The notes under the pieces are model-generated. The model ran no database searches, was not told the origin of the DNA, and saw nothing but the letters and a program-made list of their open reading frames with translations. From NCBI GenBank assembly GCA_963693095.2, contig OY843768.1:224001-288000 (forward strand): DNA of 64,000 bases. Reading direction: 5' to 3'. The stretch is from Cenarchaeum sp. GTDB lineage: Archaea; Thermoproteota; Nitrososphaeria; Nitrososphaerales; Nitrosopumilaceae. Shown here in pieces: positions 29,790 to 38,954 of this stretch (position 1 is the first letter of the stretch; each line of letters begins with the position of its first letter). The position numbers were made by a program, and so were the translations under genes.

Positions 29790-30332
29790 ATGCGCCAAAC
29801 TTTAAAACAGAAGTTAGAGTCTGTTTGGCCAATGGCCAAGCAGGTTACCTTTCCTGATCCCGTGCTCGCTGACAACCAAAAGACCGTGGAACTTCTCATA
29901 AAGAGTGCAAACGGAGACATGGCAAGGATTAGTGAAATCAACGAATGGGGAGTGGCACGCCAAAACAGGATCGACATGCTGTGCCGCTTTGCCGGACTCT
30001 TGGAGAAACATGGCATCATTGGAGGAGACGGCAAGATGAGCAAGATCATGACAGACTTTGTCACAACCCAATGCTTTGCGATTGCCACGCGGCATGGACT
30101 TGATGGCATGGAATACGAGTTCAACGACAGCGAGTCCGGCCCCCTCTCCTCGGATCTCAACATCGACCTCCAGGCCGTCGAGCCAACGCCGGTGGTGTCG
30201 CCCACAGGGCTGTTTGATGCCCCCGAGAACGAGCTGCGATTTCTCGATGCCGTCAGGGGCAAGAATGTTCACGAGCTTGGCGGGATGGCTAGACTGTGCG
30301 TTATAGATGAGAGATACCGCATATACGCATAG
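29790..30332 (+). CDS. Hypothetical protein with lower GC; possible Panacea/SocA-like domain
   Basis: YEFNDSESGPLSSDL resembles the YxF...GPxSxxL motif. Confidence 0.55.
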   Translation: MRQTLKQKLESVWPMAKQVTFPDPVLADNQKTVELLIKSANGDMARISEINEWGVARQNRIDMLCRFAGLLEKHGIIGGDGKMSKIMTDFVTTQCFAIATRHGLDGMEYEFNDSESGPLSSDLNIDLQAVEPTPVVSPTGLFDAPENELRFLDAVRGKNVHELGGMARLCVIDERYRIYA

Positions 30333-30455
30333 CGTGGACATGTCCTCTGATCATGCCTGTATCTACGCACACCGACGTGCCCACAAGCTAAATTCCATAA
30401 ACGCGCCGTGAAGCTTTTTCTGACCGTGGGTGAAAAATCCACCCCCTGTGACCGC

Positions 30456-30617
30456 ATGGCGATGGATTCGCAAAGGGTCGCCCCTATGGCCTCAAGCCAG
30501 TCGTTCCACTCGGAGTGCATGGAGTACCTTGAGCACCTGCGCCGGACGGGCAGGGAGGACTATGCGTTTGAGGACGAGTACTATTTCACGATGCCAGCAG
30601 TCTCCGGCTCTACCTGA
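30456..30617 (+). CDS. Small hypothetical protein (start approximate)
   Basis: ...FHSECMEYLEHLRRTGREDYAFEDEYYFTMP. Confidence 0.55.
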   Translation: MAMDSQRVAPMASSQSFHSECMEYLEHLRRTGREDYAFEDEYYFTMPAVSGST

Positions 30618-31136
30618 GACGAGCTGCCGATTGGTGCTGTAGTGTGTGTTACGCCCCCGGGAACAGTTCTTAATCCTTTTTTCCGCGTCCTCAAAGGGAT
30701 CATACTTTTTCTTTCTCGTCCAATACATCGGCTCGGTGATATCCCAGTCCTTGATCATCCTAGTGGCCCACTCGGCATCTGTCTCCTTTCCGTCCTTGTA
30801 TGGCACGACCTCCCTTGCGCGACGGCTCATTTGAGCATTATGCGAATTTTGGCTCTGTTTCACAACCCGGTTCCAGACGCGCCGCCCTAGCGCCTTTATC
30901 GGCAATCTGTACTTTCTTGACGTGTCGTTTGTGCTCAGTTGCCTATCCTGTTTTTGGCCACCCTCATGACCAGATCTCAACCTTTCTTCCTCTTCCTCGA
31001 AAGGATCGCGCTTTTTCTTTCTCGTCCAATACATCGGCTCGGTGATATCCCAGTCCTTGATCATCCTGGTGGCCCATTCCTCCTTTGTCTCCTTTCCGTC
31101 CTTGTCTGGCACGACCCCTATTACGCGACGGCTCAT
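30492..31136 (-). CDS. Charged protein(s) built from two tandem copies of a ~55-aa unit
   Basis: MSRR...KDGKET..EWATRMIKDWDITEPMYWTRKKK occurs twice in frame. Confidence 0.45.
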   Translation of the reverse strand: MSRRVIGVVPDKDGKETKEEWATRMIKDWDITEPMYWTRKKKRDPFEEEEERLRSGHEGGQKQDRQLSTNDTSRKYRLPIKALGRRVWNRVVKQSQNSHNAQMSRRAREVVPYKDGKETDAEWATRMIKDWDITEPMYWTRKKKYDPFEDAEKRIKNCSRGRNTHYSTNRQLVSGRAGDCWHREIVLVLKRIVLPARPAQVLKVLHALRVERLA

Positions 31137-31157
31137 TTAGGCATTATGCAAATTTTG
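30694..31157. repeat. ~155-bp direct duplication (about 30694-30850 and 31000-31157)
   Basis: Identical core TTTTTCTTTCTCGTCCAATACATCGGCTCGGTGATATCCCAGTCCTTGATCATCCT in both copies. Confidence 0.9.
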
Positions 31158-31159
31158 AC

Positions 31160-31275
31160 GCACAGGGCAGGCATTCCCGACCCGCCCTTGCTAGTGCGGG
31201 CGTTGTCTAGGTGTGGGTAGTTCGGCAGGATCGCGCCTATTTGACCAAGTGGGCAGAGCGGTGATAACCGCATAC
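31160..31275 (-). mobile_element. IS66-derived MITE with perfect 8-bp TSD
   Basis: Reverse strand GTATGCGGTTATCACC...TTGGTCAAATAGGCGCGATCCTGCCGA; ATTTTGAC at 31152-31159 and 31276-31283. Confidence 0.85.
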
Positions 31276-31484
31276 ATTTTGACGTCCGAGGCCTAGTTGT
31301 GGGCAGGTCGGCGCGCCCTGTCCGTCCATGCCTCCGCTCACCCGGCTTTCGTTCACACGGGATGACCACGCGCGCACAATCCCGGCGCAAGATGGCGCCC
31401 ATCTCTGATGCCCATCGGGTGTCCGGCCGGACGGCTGACCCGTCCGCCATTAAGTTATAACGAGCCAGATTGTGCCGTCCTGCA

Positions 31485-33311
31485 ATGCTCAAGGTTGTAG
31501 CCGACGCAGGCGCCATGGCAAGCGGGGAGCTTGGACGGATGCTCGAGTCCGGCGAGCTGCGAGGCTCGGGAATCATCGTTCCGGCCGCGGTGATCGACGA
31601 GCTTCACGCGATGGCGACCTCGGGGGACTCGCGCGGCACGCGAGGACTAGACGAGATTGCGCAACTCCAGCGCAGCGCAGCCGAGGCCGGAACGTCGATC
31701 AGGGTGGTCGGCGAGGGCGCCCCGTTCACCGACAATGCGCCCTCTGACAGGGCCGCAGTTGCGGCCACGGTGCGAAAGATCGCCCTAGAGTCCGGCGCGA
31801 CCCTGTGCACAGCGAGCCGCGCGCACGAGCTTGCGGCGGCCGCGGCCGGAATTGCAGTCAAGAGGTGCAGGGTTCAGGGCCAGGGCGAGCGCCCGTGGTT
31901 TCTGCGATACTTTGATGAGACGACGATGAGCGTTCACATAAAGGAGGGCCTGCCGCCAATGGCAAAACGCGGAAAGCCGGGCAGCGTGTCACTCGTCGAG
32001 GTGGGCACGGAGACGCTCTCACAGGACGACATGAGGCGCGCGCTCTCGCTAGTCGAGGGCATTGCCGGCTCGACGGGTGCGGACATTTCACTGCCCGGCG
32101 CGCTAGTCGTGCAGCACGAGACGTACCGCATAGCCGCGACGTTTCCGCCATTTTCTGAGGCCGCCGAGATTACGATCGTGCACCCCACAGTCACGCTCTC
32201 GCTGGCCGACTATGAGATGCCTGACGAGTTCAGGGAGCGCCTCGCATCAGGCGCGTCTGGCATACTGATATCAGGCTCGCCGGGCTCGGGCAAGTCGACA
32301 CTCGCCTCGGCCCTCGCAAACCACTATGCGGCCTCGGGCAAGACGGTAAAGACGTTCGAGTCCCCGCGCGACTTGCAGGTGGGAAACGCCATCACGCAAT
32401 ACTCGCGCCTTGATGGCGACTTTGCAAACTCGGCAGACCTCCTGCTCCTAGTGCGGCCAGACTATACGATATTCGACGAGGTCAGGAGGCGCGAGGACTT
32501 TGAGGTGTTTGCCGACCTGCGCCTCGCCGGAGTCGGCATGGTCGGCGTGGTCCACGCAAGCTCGCCCATAGACGCCGTGCAGAGGTTTATCGGCAAGATA
32601 GAGCTCGGCATAATCCCGCACGTCCTTGACACCGTCGCCTTTGTAGAGGCCGGCCGCGTGGGCAGCGTCTACTCGCTGAGCATGCGCGTAAAGGTTCCCT
32701 CGGGCATGTCCGAGCAGGATCTCGCAAGGCCCGTCATCGAGATCCACGACTTTTCGACTGGCGAGCTTGCGTATGAGATCTATGCGTTTGGCGAGGAGAA
32801 CATGATCGTGCCCGTGACCGGCGGCAGCGAGCCGTCCGGAGTCGACCACCTCGCGTGCGAGCGCGTTCGCGATGTCATGCGCAGGTTTGACCACGACCCG
32901 CAAGTCGAGATAGTCTCGCCGGGCAGCGTGCGCGTTGCAGTCTCAAAGGAGAACATTGCGCCGATCATCGGGCGCTCAGGCTCAAACATTGGCGCCCTGG
33001 AGCGCGAGCTCCACGTGCACATTGACGTTGTAGAGTCGACTGGCGCACGCCATGCAAGGGGCGGGCGGGGCGGCAATGGGGCATCTGACGTCGATTTTGA
33101 CATCCACGAGTCCAAGGCGTTTCTCGTCCTGGAAGTCGACCGCAGCCACGCCGGCTCGCACGCTGACATCTATGTGGGCGACGATATTGCCGCGACGTCC
33201 AGGGTGGACCACAGGGGCCGCATCCGCCTGCCGCGACACTCTGGCGGGGGACGCGACGTTGCGCGCGGCTTTTCGGAGGGCCGCGTGCGCGTGGACCTCA
33301 AGAGTCCATAA
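31485..33311 (+). CDS. PINA-type ATPase (degenerate PIN domain, P-loop ATPase, KH domain)
   Basis: YFDETTMSVHIKEG, GSPGSGKST, ESPRDLQV, LLVRPDYTIFDEVR, IIGRSGSNI. Confidence 0.9.
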   Translation: MLKVVADAGAMASGELGRMLESGELRGSGIIVPAAVIDELHAMATSGDSRGTRGLDEIAQLQRSAAEAGTSIRVVGEGAPFTDNAPSDRAAVAATVRKIALESGATLCTASRAHELAAAAAGIAVKRCRVQGQGERPWFLRYFDETTMSVHIKEGLPPMAKRGKPGSVSLVEVGTETLSQDDMRRALSLVEGIAGSTGADISLPGALVVQHETYRIAATFPPFSEAAEITIVHPTVTLSLADYEMPDEFRERLASGASGILISGSPGSGKSTLASALANHYAASGKTVKTFESPRDLQVGNAITQYSRLDGDFANSADLLLLVRPDYTIFDEVRRREDFEVFADLRLAGVGMVGVVHASSPIDAVQRFIGKIELGIIPHVLDTVAFVEAGRVGSVYSLSMRVKVPSGMSEQDLARPVIEIHDFSTGELAYEIYAFGEENMIVPVTGGSEPSGVDHLACERVRDVMRRFDHDPQVEIVSPGSVRVAVSKENIAPIIGRSGSNIGALERELHVHIDVVESTGARHARGGRGGNGASDVDFDIHESKAFLVLEVDRSHAGSHADIYVGDDIAATSRVDHRGRIRLPRHSGGGRDVARGFSEGRVRVDLKSP

Positions 33312-33762
33312 ACTCCTCGATGACCCTGGGGTTGGAGTGTAGATATGTGACGAACTTGCGCAACTGCCTCGTCGTCTTTGGGTTTAGGTGGTGCTCGACG
33401 CCCTCGGCGTCGATGTTTGCCGTGTCACGGTCTATGCCGAGCATCTCAAAGAACTCGACGAGAGTGCCGTGCTTTTGGCGTATGGCCTCGGCGAGCTCGA
33501 GGCCCCGCGGCGTGAGGTCTATGCCGCGGTACTTTTCGTGGCGAAGGAGCCCGTTGTCATCAAGGCGCTGTATCATGCTAGTCACGCTCGGCGCGCTCAC
33601 GTTCATGTAGCGCGAGACGTCGATAGTGGTCGCATACCCCTTGAACTCGACGAGCTCGAGTATGACCTCAAGATAGTCCTCCATTCGCTCCGTCGTGCGC
33701 GGCCGCTTGCCCTTGTGGGCCGACCTTATGGACTCGAGCCTCCTGCTGCGATCCCTGGCCAT
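33298..33762 (-). CDS. DtxR/MntR family metal-dependent transcriptional regulator
   Basis: EDYLEVI...VSAPSVTSMI...YRGIDLT...KH...DAEGVEHH. Confidence 0.93.
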   Translation of the reverse strand: MARDRSRRLESIRSAHKGKRPRTTERMEDYLEVILELVEFKGYATTIDVSRYMNVSAPSVTSMIQRLDDNGLLRHEKYRGIDLTPRGLELAEAIRQKHGTLVEFFEMLGIDRDTANIDAEGVEHHLNPKTTRQLRKFVTYLHSNPRVIEEFMDS

Positions 33763-34043
33763 GGCAGCACCGCCGGTTCGCTGTAATTTAGCGTTTGTGG
33801 GGATGCTGCCATCGCCGCCTTGCGCAAAAGTGTGCGGGGCGGCAATGCCTGCGGGGCGCAGATCGGGGCGTCCTGGGCAGGCCAGGGAATGCCCAAACCG
33901 CGCATGCCGTGGACTGGGCCTGGACTCGTGGGCCCTGTACGGCGCACGCATGTGCCCGCACCGCACATGTCACCAACATTTGACCCATGTGTAATGCCAT
34001 CCGATCATCCCGCCTTAATTACGCGGGGCATGACTGGTATACA

Positions 34044-34391
34044 GTGCACAATGATCCCCTAAAGGCGAGGCTGGAGCGCATCCGCGCGTGCGCCTCGTCT
34101 GCCAGGCGCAGGGCAGGCCTCTATGCCGAGGTCGCAGGCATGGGTGATGGAGGCACGGCCGCGTCCCTCGGGGCGCTCCAGAGGGCGCCGGCTCCGGGCA
34201 AAAAGCTCCAAAAGGCCGGATTTATCATGCTCTGGATACCCGAGCCGACCGGAGTCACGCTGGCCGTGGGCGCGCCCATGATCCTGGCGGGCCGCTACCT
34301 GGACACAAAGTACAACGGTGCGACCATATCGGACATTGGACATGGAGTAAAGTCAGTCTCTGGCACCCTGGGCGAGTTCGGCACGCTCTAG
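34044..34391 (+). CDS. Hypothetical protein (start approximate)
   Basis: ORF with GKKLQKAGFIMLWIPEPTG and one hydrophobic segment. Confidence 0.55.
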   Translation: MHNDPLKARLERIRACASSARRRAGLYAEVAGMGDGGTAASLGALQRAPAPGKKLQKAGFIMLWIPEPTGVTLAVGAPMILAGRYLDTKYNGATISDIGHGVKSVSGTLGEFGTL

Positions 34392-34405
34392 GGCCCCTGT
34401 GGGCT

Positions 34406-35710
34406 CAGTAGTTGGTCATGTACCCAAAACCGCCCAAAACGGCCCCGGAACCGCCCGAAATGCAAACAGATCAATTGGGGGGCGGCCCCAGGCGGCCCGC
34501 TTGATTCGAATAAGGGGCCGCCTGAGGCGCCGCGGGATCGCAAACCCCCGGATATATGGGGCTATCTACGGGGCGTTCTGCGCGATGTGCCGCGTGCCCG
34601 TGTCCGCGCGGCACAACGCGCTGTACGGCGCCGCGGACTTTCACCGCTGCATGCTGGGGGCGTGCCTCCTCGCCCGGTCGGTCTCGTCGGCGGCGGCCGT
34701 GTCGGCGCTGTCGGCGCACGGCAGGATCCCCGGCGCCCTGTGGGTGAGGCGCGCGATCCACCGCATGGACGCCACGGAGATGGAGGAGGACTTTGACAGG
34801 ATGGTTTACGGCCTCCTGTCGGCGACGGTGACGGGGAGCCTCGCCAGGCGCGGCATCGTCGTGGCGATCGACAAGCACAACATCCCGCGCTACGACAGCG
34901 GCGACCGATCGCACCTGTCGCGCGGGCGCTTCAAGAGGGGCACGACGTGGGCCGAGACGTACATGTCCGCGCAGGTCGTCATCAGGGGCGTGCGCTTCCA
35001 GCTCGCCGCGGTCCCCATGCGCCTCGGCGACAGGAACGCCGAGTGCGTGCGCCGCATAATGGAAACCGTGCTCTCGCACGGCGTGCGCGTGCGGCTGGTC
35101 CTGATGGACCGCGAGTTCTTCAGCGCCGACGTCCTCGAGACGCTCGACTCGATGGGTGTGATGTACCTCGTCCCGTGCCCGAACAGGCCCGGCGTCACGG
35201 CCTCGCTGCGCGACTACGCGGCCGGAAGGATCGGCGACGTGTCGGAGACGGTGGTGACGCGCACGGACGGCACGACCGTCCCGTACACGATTGTCATCAA
35301 GCGGAGGCTCAAGAGGGAGAGGGAGCCTGGAATGCGGGACTCAAGATCCCCGGAGGCCAGGTACATAGCGTTCGCCACCAACGTCCCCGGCGGGTGCGAC
35401 CCCGACGAGGAGTACCCGAGGAGGTGGGGGATCGAGAGCGGCTACGCGAGCCTGGAGGGCGTGCGGGTTCGCACGAGCAGCCGCGACCAGAAGTACCGCC
35501 TGTTCTGCTTCATGTACACCATGATGGCCTACAACGCGTGGGTCCTCGCAAAGTGGGAGCTCGCCGCCGGCCAGCGGCTGGGGCGCGGGGCGGGGAGGGG
35601 GCCGACCCTGGTGGAGTTCATGGCCTGGATCGGCGGGGGCGGCTCGTGCGTGCGCCCCCGGAAGCCGCCCCCATGGCTGACCGTGAGGGCCGGTACATGA
35701 TCATGTACTG
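34406..35710 (+). mobile_element. ISH3-family insertion sequence
   Basis: Imperfect TIR CAGTAGTTGGTCATGTACC / GGTACATGATCATGTACTG; 5-bp TSD GGGCT at 34401-34405 and 35711-35715. Confidence 0.9.
34501..35700 (+). CDS. ISH3-family DDE transposase (TTG start inferred)
   Basis: VAIDKH..PRY, LMDREFFS, FATN and YPRRWGIESGY motifs. Confidence 0.9.
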   Translation: MIRIRGRLRRRGIANPRIYGAIYGAFCAMCRVPVSARHNALYGAADFHRCMLGACLLARSVSSAAAVSALSAHGRIPGALWVRRAIHRMDATEMEEDFDRMVYGLLSATVTGSLARRGIVVAIDKHNIPRYDSGDRSHLSRGRFKRGTTWAETYMSAQVVIRGVRFQLAAVPMRLGDRNAECVRRIMETVLSHGVRVRLVLMDREFFSADVLETLDSMGVMYLVPCPNRPGVTASLRDYAAGRIGDVSETVVTRTDGTTVPYTIVIKRRLKREREPGMRDSRSPEARYIAFATNVPGGCDPDEEYPRRWGIESGYASLEGVRVRTSSRDQKYRLFCFMYTMMAYNAWVLAKWELAAGQRLGRGAGRGPTLVEFMAWIGGGGSCVRPRKPPPWLTVRAGT

Positions 35711-35755
35711 GGGCTCGCTAATGGTTTAAAGCAGACGCCTGGGCCTGCCCTGCGC

Positions 35756-36247
35756 ATGGCGAGCAGGGCACAGGTTCTCATCCCGGTGACGATTGCCGCC
35801 GTGATAATAGGCGCGGCCGGAATCCTCACCATACCGGCAGACCACAAGCTAGAGTCAACAGAGTTTCCGCGCGGGACGGTTCGCATCGACGGGGAGCTCT
35901 TTGGCGTCCAGGTTGCTGACACACCCCCGCTGCGCACGCGGGGCCTCATGTTCCAGGATCCGCTGCCGCTCGATGAGGGAATGTTCTTCATATTTGAGAT
36001 GCCGGCCCGCCACTCGCTCTGGATGATGAACATGCAGTTTGGCATTGACATGATGTGGTTTGACGCTGACGGCGTCCTCGTCCACGTCGAGCTCGACGTG
36101 CCCCCGTGCCAGAGCGCCCTAGAGGCCGCAACGTGCGCCTCGCGGGCACCGCCAGTCGACACCGTCTATATCCTCGAGGCCACTGCGGGATTTGCCGAGG
36201 CGCACGGCATAGGCGTCGGCTCTGTCCTCGAGATCGTCTCAGTCTAG
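35756..36247 (+). CDS. DUF192 family protein
   Basis: VADT...RGLMF...GMFFIF...WMMNMQFGIDMMW. Confidence 0.9.
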   Translation: MASRAQVLIPVTIAAVIIGAAGILTIPADHKLESTEFPRGTVRIDGELFGVQVADTPPLRTRGLMFQDPLPLDEGMFFIFEMPARHSLWMMNMQFGIDMMWFDADGVLVHVELDVPPCQSALEAATCASRAPPVDTVYILEATAGFAEAHGIGVGSVLEIVSV

Positions 36248-36299
36248 GGCTTTGGCGTGCCGGACACGCAGGCGCCCTTTGTGGGCGCGGACTGGCCCA

Positions 36300-36482
36300 A
36301 TATCGTTGAAATTATCGCATATTATGCTCTAATTTTCTATATTATTTACGTAAAATTGGCTCAAATACCGCACCCGTCCGTTCACAAACTCTAGATTCTT
36401 GTAAATGGCTATTCGTGAAACGCAACCGTGAACAAAATATATTGATCTATCCTTATATACTTTCAATTCCCTTACATAACTA
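36300..36482 (+). promoter_or_regulatory. AT-rich upstream region with a TATA box (CCTTATATA at about 36451)
   Basis: Strong local AT enrichment; contains the palindrome TTTACGTAAA. Confidence 0.45.
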
Positions 36483-36722
36483 ATGACGTGCAAAGGGATC
36501 TGCGTGAGGTACAAGGCGCAAAAGCCAGTCGGTAGCGGACGCTACGCGACGGGCCAGCGTCGGTGCCAGATATGCGAGATCTTCATAAAGTGGGCCGGAC
36601 TCTGGTGCCCCTGCTGTGGCTATAGGCTTCGCACAAAACCGCGAAACCTAAAGTACAAGGCAAAGCTGCGAGCGCGCGTCCAGGCCGACTCGGGTGCTGA
36701 CGCAGTCGAGGTAAAGGCATAG
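36483..36722 (+). CDS. Small thaumarchaeal zinc-finger protein
   Basis: MTCKGIC...RCQICEIF...CPCCGYRLRTKPR. Confidence 0.85.
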   Translation: MTCKGICVRYKAQKPVGSGRYATGQRRCQICEIFIKWAGLWCPCCGYRLRTKPRNLKYKAKLRARVQADSGADAVEVKA

Positions 36723-36739
36723 GCGCGTGGTGCTGCGCG

Positions 36740-37075
36740 TTGAACGCGGGGCAGCCATATGCAGAGTCCACAGTAGAGGCCGCAGGCCGCAAGTTTTCCA
36801 TCCGCGTGCTCGCCTTTGAGAATGGCGCGTTCGTCTCGGTTCACGAGGGAGGTGCGGCGCGAATGGGTCCAATGACAGTATCGATGCACGTCTCGCAGGT
36901 TCCGGTGACGACGCCGGTGATACCTGCGCAGACAGAGTCGCTCTTTCTAAAGATGGCCGCCGAGATGGTCGCAAGCCGCACGCGCGGCATTGCGGCAGTC
37001 ACCGTCTCGGCCAGCTCGGGCATGTCAGCAGAGGCGACGCGCGCGATAATGAAGGGCATAATGGAGATGGTCTAG
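36740..37075 (+). CDS. Hypothetical protein, possibly proteasome-assembly-chaperone-like
   Basis: ORF abutting ubiD; FENGAFVSV...MGPMTVSM. Confidence 0.6.
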   Translation: MNAGQPYAESTVEAAGRKFSIRVLAFENGAFVSVHEGGAARMGPMTVSMHVSQVPVTTPVIPAQTESLFLKMAAEMVASRTRGIAAVTVSASSGMSAEATRAIMKGIMEMV

Positions 37076-38386
37076 GTGCCAGACCTGCGCACGTACATCG
37101 CCGATGTTCGCCGCGCCGGCTCGCTAAAGAGGTTCACAAGGCCAGTCTCGGCACGCCACGAGATCGCCGCCGAGACTGCGCGCCTCGAGGGCTCGGACGC
37201 TGCGCTATTTGAAAAGGTTCGCGGGAGCCGCCTGCGCGTCGTCTCAAACCTAGTCGGGACGCGCGCTCGCTTTGCCATGGCCATAGGCGCGCGCGAGCCG
37301 GCGATCCACCGCAGGATATTCTCAGTCTCGGGGCGCACGCGCGCCCCGCGCGAGTCGGCGCGGGTCCCGCCGTTTGCCAAAAACTCCACTCGCACGCTAG
37401 CAGCCCTGCCCGTTGTGACGCACTTTGCCAAGGAGCCCGGCGCCTTTATGACGGCATCTGTCGTCCATGCCGAGAACCCCGAGACGCGCGCGCAGAACAT
37501 GTCGTTTCACCGGATCATGCCCTTCTCTGCCCGCCGCGCCTCGATCCGCATGGTCGAGGGCCGCCACCTCCACCGCTGCTTTGTGGACGCAAAGGATCAC
37601 GGCGAGGACCTGCGAGTCTCTGTGAGCATAGGCGTCCATCCGGCGGTCCTCGTCGCCGGCGCATACCAGGCAGAATGGGGCTGGGCCGAGCTTGCGATGG
37701 CCAATGCCATGATGGGCGGGAGCCTCGAGGTGTCACGGTGCGCATACTCGCGCATGATGGTCCCGTCACACTCGGAGATTGTCATTGACGGGCGCATACT
37801 GCAGGACGTCACGCGAGAGGAGTGGATGGTCGAGATGCTGCGCACGTATGACCACAAGAGGCGCCAGCCGGTGCTCGAGGTTGACCGGATATACCACCGC
37901 GACGGCGCGATATTCCACGACATACTGTCCGGATTCGGCGAGCACCGGCTGCTCATGGGAATGCCCGCAGAGTCAAAGGTTGACGGGCATCTGCGCAAGG
38001 CGTTCCCGTCGACGGTTCGCGCAGTGTCGCTGACTGGCGGCGGATGCAACTGGCTTCATGCCGCAGTCGCGATCAAAAAGACGCGCGCAACGCGCGTGCG
38101 CAGGATAATTGACGCGACGTTTGGCGCGCACAGGTCATTAAAGCAGGTGACAGTCGTTGATGATGACATTGATGTCAACTCGGCCGAGTCGATCGAGTAC
38201 GCGATGGCCACAAGGTTCCAGGCCGACAGGGGACTGCACGTGACGCGCAACGTTCGCGGCTCGAGCCTCGATCCGTCAAGCGACCAAAAGAGGCTCCGGA
38301 CATCAAAGCTCGGAATTGACGCCACGCGCCCGCTCTCAAAGAGGCCAGAGGGCTTTGAGATCGCAAAGATTCCCGGCTATGGCTAG
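37076..38386 (+). CDS. UbiD-family decarboxylase, probably anhydromevalonate phosphate decarboxylase
   Basis: NMSFHRI, GRHL, SEIVIDG, EH..LMG, VVDDDIDV and KLGIDAT motifs. Confidence 0.88.
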   Translation: MPDLRTYIADVRRAGSLKRFTRPVSARHEIAAETARLEGSDAALFEKVRGSRLRVVSNLVGTRARFAMAIGAREPAIHRRIFSVSGRTRAPRESARVPPFAKNSTRTLAALPVVTHFAKEPGAFMTASVVHAENPETRAQNMSFHRIMPFSARRASIRMVEGRHLHRCFVDAKDHGEDLRVSVSIGVHPAVLVAGAYQAEWGWAELAMANAMMGGSLEVSRCAYSRMMVPSHSEIVIDGRILQDVTREEWMVEMLRTYDHKRRQPVLEVDRIYHRDGAIFHDILSGFGEHRLLMGMPAESKVDGHLRKAFPSTVRAVSLTGGGCNWLHAAVAIKKTRATRVRRIIDATFGAHRSLKQVTVVDDDIDVNSAESIEYAMATRFQADRGLHVTRNVRGSSLDPSSDQKRLRTSKLGIDATRPLSKRPEGFEIAKIPGYG

Positions 38387-38490
38387 TCGAGTCCGGTCTT
38401 TTTTCTATAGCACTTTGTGCAGAGGCGCCCTGCGCAGATTATCTCGCCTCCGGACAGGTCTGTCCCGCACGCCGAGCACTCTATCTTCAT
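38383..38490 (-). CDS. 35-aa CxxC...CxxC zinc-finger micro-protein
   Basis: MKIECSACGTDLSGGEIICAGRLCTKCYRKKTGLD; its ATG overlaps the stop of the upstream ORF. Confidence 0.55.
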   Translation of the reverse strand: MKIECSACGTDLSGGEIICAGRLCTKCYRKKTGLD

Positions 38491-38792
38491 TTCAGCTCTG
38501 GGAGCATGCTGAGCAGGTCGTACTCTACCTTGTTTTCGTCGGTCCGTATGGACGTGCCCGAGCCGACCCTGTGGAACCTTATCGTGTCGCCTAGCCTCCA
38601 CTTGGAGCTTGCGTCAAAGACTGTGGAATAGCGCACGCCCTTTTTGATGTTGGATGCCAGCGTGCTGCGGTCGATTATAGTGCCCTCGCCGAGCTCCCCG
38701 CCGGTGTCCTCGTGCTGCATGACGCGCTCGATCTTGCGCCCTGCGCCGTACTCTACTGCTGAGACGAGATAGTCGGCCCACTTTTCGCCCAT
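38487..38792 (-). CDS. DUF3892-like protein
   Basis: WADYLVSAVEY...IRTDENKVEYDLLSMLPE. Confidence 0.7.
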   Translation of the reverse strand: MGEKWADYLVSAVEYGAGRKIERVMQHEDTGGELGEGTIIDRSTLASNIKKGVRYSTVFDASSKWRLGDTIRFHRVGSGTSIRTDENKVEYDLLSMLPELK

Positions 38793-38954
38793 CAGGGTCG
38801 CCTCGCCGGAGGGCAGAATATAAACCAAAAAATGGCCCGTGGCGGGCCTGCCCCGCGCGCGCTAGGCGTGGATCCGGGGACAGACGGGCATATGGTAAGC
38901 TGCCTTTTAGCTTGATATGCCACAAGTTTACACACTCTTTATAATTACCAAAAC

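Noticed and set aside
30694-31157. Duplication as a DGR template/variable repeat pair
   Set aside because: Differences are not evidently confined to adenines and there is no reverse transcriptase in the window
33790-33910. Possible further MITE copy upstream of the DtxR gene
   Set aside because: Similarity is too weak and no terminal repeat or TSD could be fixed
36300-36482. Replication origin
   Set aside because: No ORB-like repeats with G-strings and no cdc6/orc1 nearby
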